Origin: Hormiphora californensis
Taxonomy: Eukaryota > Animalia > Ctenophora
Reading direction: 5' to 3'
Assembly: GCA_020137815.1 (NCBI GenBank)
Contig: CM035359.1
Span: forward strand, 5,394,001-5,458,000
Length of the DNA stretch: 64,000 nucleotides
The position numbers were made by a program, and so were the translations under genes. Of the stretch, positions 53,612-64,000 are shown piece by piece. The first letter of the stretch is position 1, and each line of letters starts with the position of its first letter. Under the pieces are notes generated by a model. It had not been told where the DNA came from and ran no database searches. It worked only from the letters and a program-made list of their open reading frames with translations.

Positions 53612-56393
53612 ATGAATGAAACGGATTCGAGTGGTATGAATGGAGTACCAACCCGGGTAGCCCTGGCCTCGACGATGTCCCTTTTTGCGATTGTATCAAT
53701 TCTCGGAAACTCACTTTTCTGGTTTGCACTTCTCTACGACAAGCGGGTAAGTAATATATTCCGATATCAGCCCCTATAACCTTGTTGAGTAAGAGGTGCT
53801 GTTCAACCCCGTACTCGATCTTTGAAACTGAAAAGTGCATATCTTTACGTATCTTTCATGTGACACACATTTCAGGCGAAGATGATCGGGAACGCCTTTC
53901 TTATGAACCTCAGTATATCAGACTTTGTAGTTGGATTGTGGAACATGCCCATTACCGTGGTGACTGTGGTAGCAGGGAAATGGCTTCTTGGAGACCTTCT
54001 ATGTAGCTTCTCAGGTTAGTAATTTATAATTTCACATCTTGGTGCTCCGTCATATTGCCCACCCGCACCTAGTGCCGCCCAGAGCGTGGTCTGCAACGTC
54101 AAATATGGCATTTTTGCCCCTTTTTTGACGTCGTGGACCATAATTTGGGCGGTGCTGTGCGGGTCTCCAATATGGCGGAGCACCACTGCGGAAGACTTTG
54201 TAGCTTTTTAAAACATTTCGAGTTTTCTGGTCCTTCTTCGCTGACATTCAAAATGGTACTCTTTTCTGCCTCTCAGCCACCACGCCCAACTGAGTTGTGC
54301 TATTTTTGTTTCGTAAAAGGTGACATGTGTCTTATCTTAGCGAGGCGAGAAACTTTATCAACTTTATCAGGCCATATTTAACTTAACTCAATGCTCATGA
54401 TCATTAAACATAACTCTCACCTGTCAGGCCAATGCTCTGGCCACAGTTCTCGTGCGCTCTCCACGTTTGAATGAAATGAGAATAGGGTCAGGTCAATGCT
54501 CTGACAGACTCTCACCCACTTAATTATCCAATTATCTAATTATCCAATTATCCCAGCGTTCGTGGACAATACCATGCTGTTAGTGAGCGTGTGGACGGTG
54601 GCCTGGAGTAGCATTGACAAGTTCTACATGGTTGAACATCCCCTTCACTACCACCGAAATGTCACGTGGGCACGTGTTACCCGGCTTATAGGCAAGTTAA
54701 ATGTCACGTGGGCACGTGTTACCCGGCTAATAGGCAAATTAATTATCATAAACCTGCAAATGGTACCCCTTAAAATTTTGATTAATTAATTCCTTGTCCA
54801 GTATTATAACTCCCTCCCTCCGGCACAGTTGGTATCTGGCTGGTGGCGTGTCTGTGCAACGCTCCCCCGCTCCTCCAACTTCAGGAACTCATGTTCCAGT
54901 ACAGTCCCTACTCATTCAGCTGTGGCCTGAGTTGCCCGCCCAACATATATGGACAGGTGATATATTTTGATATTTCTTGTATTTAATTCAGGTACAGTAA
55001 AATTTTATGTTATGCCAAGACAAAACATTTCGACATAACTCGCCCTAATGATCGTTTCCTCCGAAAATTATATTTTAGTTCCCTAATTTGGTTGATATAT
55101 GCCTCGGTTGATATATGTCTCATTATGAGGCTCAATATTCATCAATCGTAGCTCGATATGAACTTATTAAGGTATAATTATTCAAAAACAACTATTTTTA
55201 TCAGATTTACTATCTCATTAAAAAGTTCTTTTATCAGGTCTACTGTCTCGGTTACACGGTGATATTCGTACCCATCCCCCTGATAGTCATCAGCATCTGT
55301 TACGTTAGGATATTCACTATCGCTAGAGCCATCTCCAAGAAAGATAAGGTAGGCATCTCGGACAATTTCATTATAGATGCCAGCAGAAATATAGATGTTT
55401 GTTCTTTACTTTTTGCTTAGGTGCAATTATAATCTCCTATTAAATATTCAGGCACGAATGCGCTCCCTGGAGGTTTCTGCGTGTAGTAGACTGGGAACAA
55501 CAACAACGAACACCGATCATAACAACCTAAACAGACCAGGATCCGACTCCACCCTGCTGAGACGCCGTCAGAACAAAAGCAATACCATCACAGTCCTTGT
55601 CATCATTGGTATGTGCGCTAATTATTCAGTACCAAGTAACCTTTACGATAACTTGATGATTTGTGTGAACAACATTGTATCATGTACAATTATATGTAAA
55701 ACATGTGTGTTGTATATTCAGGTGTCATGATGTCATGTCTAGTTCCTGTCATCTTGGTTGGATTCATCAGCTTCATTGACAACACCTTTGTCATCAGCCA
55801 AGGTAAGGAAGCTTAGAACAATGATACAAACTAACAGCCAACTAAAATATTTGAACAGACCGAACCATGACATCAACTACATTTCAGAGTTTTTCGTTGC
55901 CTTTCACTGGTTGCTACTGGCTAACAGTGCGGTGAATCCTGTCCTTTATGGAATTGTGAATCCATTCTTCAGACGGGCCTATCTGAAACTCCTACAACAC
56001 ATCAAAACTACTTTATGGTATGAGATGAATCTAAATTAAATCTTTGGACATGATCGAGGGTTTGGTTTCCCTTATTTGCATAAAATTTCTGCAAATTTAT
56101 TTCACAATAATTTCTGACGTCTATATATCAACATATATAGATCATCTCACAGCTTGTAAAGTACTCAAGGGCCACCTGTGACGCAAGAATCTTGCGGCAA
56201 GATGTAATTGATGCATTATATATGTCAAGTTTGAGTTTCGTCTAAAAACTTTGATCAAATCAGTGTTGTTCTCAGCGAAATTATGATCCAATCTTTTAAT
56301 AACTTCTTTCTTTTAAGGTCAAAACTGTGTGGAAAAGTCTCAAAGAAGTGCAGACGAGTTACGGCACGGATACGAGATAACGATGTGAAGTGA
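53612..56393 (+). CDS. Rhodopsin-class (class A) GPCR, aminergic-like orphan
   Basis: Exons 53612-53746 (MNET..., TM1 ILGN), 53876-54014 (NLSISD, WLLGDLLC), 54557-54691 (TM3, DKF for DRY; GC donor), 54829-54956 (TM4 W), 55238-55348 (TM5 P...CY..I), 55452-55608, 55722-55802 (TM6 CLVP), 55888-56017 (NSAVNPVLY), 56318-56393. Phases are consistent. Confidence 0.92.
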
Positions 56394-56860
56394 AATCTAG
56401 CTGTGAACAACCATGTGAATATTTACAGTGCCAACAACTGAGATTCCAAATATATGATTGTTTCAAGAATTATTGGCTAGGATGAGGGATCGAGGGCCAA
56501 AATTATTACAGTATACAAATATTATAGCTTCAGAATACCGTAACTAATTATTTTATGTGTTTCTTTTTGTCAAGTGGAGTTTCTTCAAGAATCAAGGATA
56601 ACTTCTTACAGAGTTGTTAGTTGTCGCTTCACTTATAATATCCTAATGGGTTGCGTGATACACTGTGTCAGATACAGCTTTCACGCCATAATAACGGCCA
56701 TATTTCAACATTATTTACCCACTAACCAGTTTTTGATAGCGTTCCCTATCGACACCGGCCCTCTCTCGACAATTACCCAGTAACAGCTGCACACGAACAC
56801 CCTCTACCTAGTACCTAGGTTTGCGTAGAGTTTCGTCGACTTGACAACAGAAACCTTATC

Positions 56861-56928
56861 TTGGTTACGAAGTCACCCCTAATATTGCATAGAGCTATTA
56901 TAGCGCGGAGGGGTAATTTCATTACCAA
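56861..56928. mobile_element. 68-bp deletion derivative of the 16609-17185 element
   Basis: ttggttacgaagtcacccct.atattgcata ... atttcattaccaa matches both ends of the longer copy; no intact TSD. Confidence 0.7.
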
Positions 56929-57594
56929 ATTTTACACTCGGTGTTGAGCCTCGATATAACGGGCTCGTTGGAGGAAGCCAAATTTCGTGCCTACATTTAC
57001 AATATAATGATGAACTATTCACAACACATAGTCAGGGTGTGAACTGCATGTCGTGTTTGCTAGTCGCGAGCGCGCTTGCGAGACAAGCAAACACGTCAAG
57101 GTTCATTAACAAGCATGCTGCTCAGTCATTTTAGATTTAATACACAATGTAAGGATACCATGTAATAGGTGAGACTCTTGCCGTCACCCTCGTTCAAGTC
57201 CCGTGAAAAACGGAGCAGTACACGCAAACTGATGCCCATTTTCCTCGCGTGACCCCGATTCAGCAGTTTGAGACACCAACTCTTTAGGGGGCCATATCTC
57301 AGGAACCAGACAAGATAGGAAAAATCGCCGTCTAACGAGGCGTACAGTTTTTAATCTAGTTTACCACTGTACCGGCCGTTTCACTCTCCGACCTAAAACA
57401 AAAATCGCAACCCCACAAAACTTCAAAATAATGAAATTCGCATCTCGCATGTCGTGTTGCATGTCGTGTTGCATGTCGTGTCATGTTATTGACGCGCTCG
57501 CGTTCAACTCTCACACAGCAGCTGCAGAACATGGCGGGAAACATCGAGGAGTAGAGAGAGGGTCGGTGCCGAATCAAATATTTCTTGATCTTGA

Positions 57595-59670
57595 TCTACT
57601 CCATCTCTCAGCTATCCTACCCCTCATCAACTCGATCTCTCAGCTACCCTACCCCTCATCTACTCCATCTTTCAGCTACCCTACCCCTCATCTACTCCAT
57701 CTTTCAGCTACCCTACCCCTTATCTAGTCCATCTCTCAGCTACCCTACTCCTCATCTACTCCATCTCTCAGCTTCCCTATTAGGGAAGCATAGAGATGGA
57801 AACGATTAGGGTTAGGGAATCCTTATCCATAATCGTTTCCATCTCTATGCTTCCCTAGCCCTCATCAACTCCATCTTTCAGCTACCCTACCCCTAATCTA
57901 GTCCATCTCTCCGCTACCCTACTCCTCATCTACTCCATCTCTCAGCTACCCTACCTCCCATTTACTCCATCTCTCAGCTACCCTACCTCCCATTTACTAC
58001 ATCTCTCAGCTTCCCTACCTCCCATTTACTCCATCTCTCAGCTTCCCTACCTCCCATTTACTCCATCTCTCAGCTACCTTACCTTCCATTTACTCCATCT
58101 CTCAGCTTCCCTACCTCCCATTTACTCCATCTCTCAGGGGTAGGAATGTTAGGATAAATGAGAGATGGAGTAAATGGGAGGTAGGGAAGCTGAGAGATGG
58201 AGTAAATGGGAGGTAGGGCAGCTGAGAGATGGAGTAAATGGGAGGTAGGGAAGCTGAGAGATGGAGTAAATGGGAGGTAGGGATGGAGTAAATGGGAGGT
58301 AGGGAAGCTGAGGGATGGAGTAAATGGGAGGTAGGGAAGCTGAGAGATGGAGTGAATGGGAGGTAGGTAAGCTGAGAGATGGAGTAAATAAGAGGTAGGG
58401 TATCTGAGAGATGGAGTGAATGGGAGGAAGGGTAGCTGAGAGATGGAGTAAATGGGAGGCAGGGATGGAGTAAATGGGAGGTAGGGAAGCTGAGGGATGG
58501 AGTAAATGGGAGGTAGGGAAGCTGAGAGATGGAGTAAATGGGAGGTAGGGTAGCTGAGAGATGGAGTGAATGGGAGGTAGGGTAGCTGAGAGATGGAGTA
58601 AATGGGAGATAGGGAAGCTGAGAGATGGAGTGAATGGGAGGTAGGGAAGCTGAGAGATGGAGTAAATGGGAGGTAGGTAAGCTGAGAGATGGAGTAAATG
58701 GGAGGTAGGGTATCTGAGAGATGGAGTAAATGGCAGGTAGGGAAGCTGAGATATGGAGTAAATGGGAGGTAGGTAAGCTGAGAGATGGAGTAAATGGGAG
58801 GTAGGGAAGCTGAGAGATGGAGTAAATGGGAGGTAGGGATGGAGTAAATGGGAGGTAGGGAAGCTGAGGGATGGAGTAAATGGGAGGTAGGGAAGCTGAG
58901 AGATGGAGTGAATGGGAGGTAGGTAAGCTGAGAGATGGAGTAAATAAGAGGTAGGGTATCTGAGAGATGGAGTGAATGGGAGGAAGGGTAGCTGAGAGAT
59001 GGAGTAAATGGGAGGCAGGGATGGAGTAAATGGGAGGTAGGGAAGCTGAGGGATGGAGTAAATGGGAGGTAGGGAAGCTGAGAGATGGAGTAAATGGGAG
59101 GTAGGGTAGCTGAGAGATGGAGTGAATGGGAGGTAGGGTAGCTGAGAGATGGAGTAAATGGGAGATAGGGAAGCTGAGAGATGGAGTGAATGGGAGGTAG
59201 GGAAGCTGAGAGATGGAGTAAATGGGAGGTAGGTAAGCTGAGAGATGGAGTAAATGGGAGGTAGGGTATCTGAGAGATGGAGTAAATGGCAGGTAGGGAA
59301 GCTGAGATATGGAGTAAATGGGAGGTAGGTAAGCTGAGAGATGGAGTAAATGGGAGGTAGGGAAGCTGAGAGATGGAGTAAATGGGAGGTAGGGAAGGTA
59401 AGCGATGGAGTAAATGGGAGGTAGGGAAGCTGAGAGATGGAGTAAATGGGAGCTAGGGAAGCTGAGAGATGGAGTAAATGGGAGGTAGGGTAGCTGAGAG
59501 ATGGAGTAAATGGGAGGTAGGGTAGCTGAGAGATGGAGTAGATGAGGAGTAGGGTAGCGGAGAGATGGACTAGATTAGGGGTAGGGTAGCTGAAAGATGG
59601 AGTAGATGAGGGGTAGGGTAGCTGAGAGATCGAGTTGATGAGGGGTAGGATAGCTGAGAGATGGAGTAGA
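57595..59670. repeat. 32-bp minisatellite (gctgagagatggagtaaatgggaggtagggaa)n in inverted arrays
   Basis: Period 32 (58189, 58221, 58253). C-rich orientation 57595-58136; G-rich orientation 58159-59670. Confidence 0.92.
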
Positions 59671-60029
59671 TCAAGATCAAGAAATATTTGATTCGGCACC
59701 GACCCTCTCTCTACTCCTCGATGTTTCCCGCCATGTTCTGCAGCTGCTGTGTGAGAGTTGAACGCGAGCGCGTCAATAACATGACACGACATGCAACACG
59801 ACATGCAACACGACATGCGAGATGCGAATTTCATTATTTTGAAGTTTTGTGGGGTTGCGATTTTTGTTTTAGGTCGGAGAGTGAAACGGCCGGTACAGTG
59901 GTAAACTAGATTAAAAACTGTACGCCTCGTTAGACGGCGATTTTTCCTATCTTGTCTGGTTCCTGAGATATGGCCCCCTAAAGAGTTGGTGTCTCAAACT
60001 GCTGAATCGGGGTCACGCGAGGAAAATGG

Positions 60030-60822
60030 TAGTAGAGTCGATAACTACATCGACCTCTCCCAATTGTTCCAGTTTTTGTCACATCTGTTTGGAGCCTCGG
60101 CACGACCTCTAAACAGGTGTTACTTTTTCACAAACTGTTTTCATCTTGGTGTAATCAGCAGTTGAAATGTTGCTGATCATAACAAAAACCGAACTATTTT
60201 TTTTCAACTTGGGGTAAAACCATGGGTGTCAAAAGTTAGCTCTAGGTCCCCTGAGTAACCATCCGGAGACTCTAAGAGATATTTCAAGCCGTTCTCCTGT
60301 AATCATTAATCCCGGTAGAGCACATATTTGAGTATGGACGTACGTGCAATTGCCTACAACCTCAACTTTAATGTATAACGTTAATGTGCGTCTCTCTCTT
60401 TTCTCCCCCTTGAGAAAGAGTTATCTCGCGCGGCGCAACCGCACGTGCGGTTTTTCCAAAGAGAGTGAGAGACATACAATAACATGTAAACAGCCTGCCA
60501 GCGCTCACGTACGTCCGCATTGTGTTTTTTTCTCCACCGGGATTAATGATTACGGGAGAACGGCTTGAAATATCTCTTAGAGTCTCCGGATGGTTACTCA
60601 GGGGACCTAGAGCTAACTTTTGACACCCATGGTTTTACCCCAAGTTGAAAAAAAATAGTTCGGTTTTTGTTATGATCAGCAACATTTCAACTGCTGATTA
60701 CACCAAGATGAAAACAGTTTGTGAAAAAGTAACACCTGTTTAGAGGTCGTGTCGAGGCTCCAAACAGATGTGACAAAAACTGGAACAATTGGGAGAGGTC
60801 GATGTAGTTATCGACTCTACTA
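60030..60822. mobile_element. Academ-like palindromic MITE nested in the foldback right arm
   Basis: tagtagagtcgataactac ... gtagttatcgactctacta with ~290-bp arms; 3-bp TSD tgg. The empty site is visible in the left arm (gatgcccattttcc, ~57231). TAG termini with a 3-bp TSD fit Academ. Confidence 0.75.
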
Positions 60823-61690
60823 TGGGCATCAGTTTGCGTGTACTGCTCCGTTTTTCACGGGACTTGAACGAGGGTGACGGCAAGAGTCTCACCTATTACA
60901 TGGTATCCTTACATTGTGTATTAAATCTAAAATGACTGAGCAGCATGCTTGTTAATGAACCTTGACGTGTTTGCTTGTCTCGCAAGCGCGCTCGCGACTA
61001 GCAAACACGACATGCAGTTCACACCCTGATAGTGTCTAGTGACTGTACCATATTAATCACCCTTCACCCATTTCACTCACGATCGACTCTATATCCCAAA
61101 CCCCCCACCAGCCACCGTTTCACCAGTCACCCTCACCCTAATGTCCTATTCGGTTTTGTAGTTTTGTAATCGGGAAAGTATTCACGGTATATCGAGTATC
61201 AATGTTTTAGTGTTTTACCGTGGACAAAGATTAGCCTAATATCGTATTTCATTTGAAGATGTAATCAGTTGACTCGAAAAAACACACAGTTGCTATCGTC
61301 GTTTTGTTCGGTCTTCACAGCACAGTGTGGCCATCCGCCATAGACACCTGGCGTGACCCCCGCACGCGGGGGTTTGCACCAGGTGTCTATGTCACCAACT
61401 GAAAGGGTTTGTTTTTCGAGGATTTGGGATTCACCCCACGCCGTCCACATTTTCTCCCGTATATCAGTATCTCATATAATGACATTTCTCGCCTCTATTC
61501 CTTCCCACACCAATTCACTGTCCTTGCAAGAGCTGTTCTGAGTGCTCTATGCACTATTTCTTCCACATTCTATTATACATCTCTTTCAGTTCTTCCCTTG
61601 GATTTTCAGCGGTTCTCTCGACCTTTTCAGTTATAAAGTTTAAACGAAGAGTAACAAGCTATCATGGAGCTGTAACCTCGGTAACGTGCA

Positions 61691-61766
<76 letters not shown>

Positions 61767-61923
61767 TCTCTCTCTCTCTCTCTCTCTCTCACACTCTCTC
61801 TCTCTCTCTCACTCTCTCTCTCTCACTCTCTCTCTCTCTCCCACTCTTCCCCACTCTGTGTGTGTGGTGTATCTCAAGCGTGCATGCTCATTAAGAAACT
61901 CTCAGGGAGAGAAATCTTTGTAA

Positions 61924-63807
<1,884 letters not shown>

Positions 63808-64000
63808 ACTGGAACTCTACACTTCCCGCAATATCATGCAACCCCCAACCACCCCTCTGGACAAGCCCGGACTCGTGTGTGTGTGTGTGGAATTTAACAA
63901 CTGAAAACACACATCATACGTCAATGTTAAAAGGACTGTCCGAAATATTAATTTGTGATCACAGAAAAATGGGTGCCCGTCTCATCCACGGGTGTCATTC

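Larger units (their letters stand above)
57033..61028. mobile_element. 4-kb foldback-type element with very long, internally repetitive TIRs
   Basis: cagggtgtgaactgcatg ... catgcagttcacaccctg; 5-bp direct flank atagt (57028-57032, 61029-61033). The arms look near-identical and meet at ~58137-58158. Confidence 0.88.

Noticed and set aside
55888-56017. Opsin
   Set aside because: TM7 (FHWLLLANSAVNPVLY) has no retinal-binding Lys at 7.43.
58149-59834. 561-aa ORF
   Set aside because: It is a translation of the stop-poor 32-bp minisatellite in the foldback arm; the mirror ORF at 57431 stops early, and there is no domain.

Overview
Eukaryotic, intron-rich, repeat-dense animal DNA. It is most likely ctenophore (Pleurobrachia-like); this is inferred from recalled repeat and domain families, not from a search. 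By reading splice sites and frames I reconstructed six spliced genes: (1) a small secreted protein with a ctenophore-type domain (-, 3067-4091); (2) a PA-TM-RING-H2 E3 ligase of the Goliath/RNF130/RNF150 type (+, ~4771-31968), with a ~50-nt intron expanded to 7.5 kb by a ~350-bp tandem array that re-copies the splice donor in every unit; (3) an SDR16C-like short-chain dehydrogenase (+, 33378-38754); (4) an unrecognised type I membrane protein with eight CC pairs (-, 39289-44457); (5) a class A GPCR with the aminergic D3.32/W7.40 signature (+, 53612-56393); (6) beta-tubulin (+, 62089-63807). Introns and spacers hold many non-autonomous transposons with readable termini and TSDs (hAT-, Kolobok-, MULE-, Academ-, pogo/mariner-like, Helitrons, Helentron-like), a 4-kb foldback element and an L2/CR1 LINE 3' end. 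Most ORFs in the supplied track are repeat artefacts. I found no CRISPR, rRNA or credible tRNA. The 4.7-12.6 kb region looks error-rich (unpolished long-read-like indels). I did not find a clearly new multi-gene system; the best leads are listed as findings.
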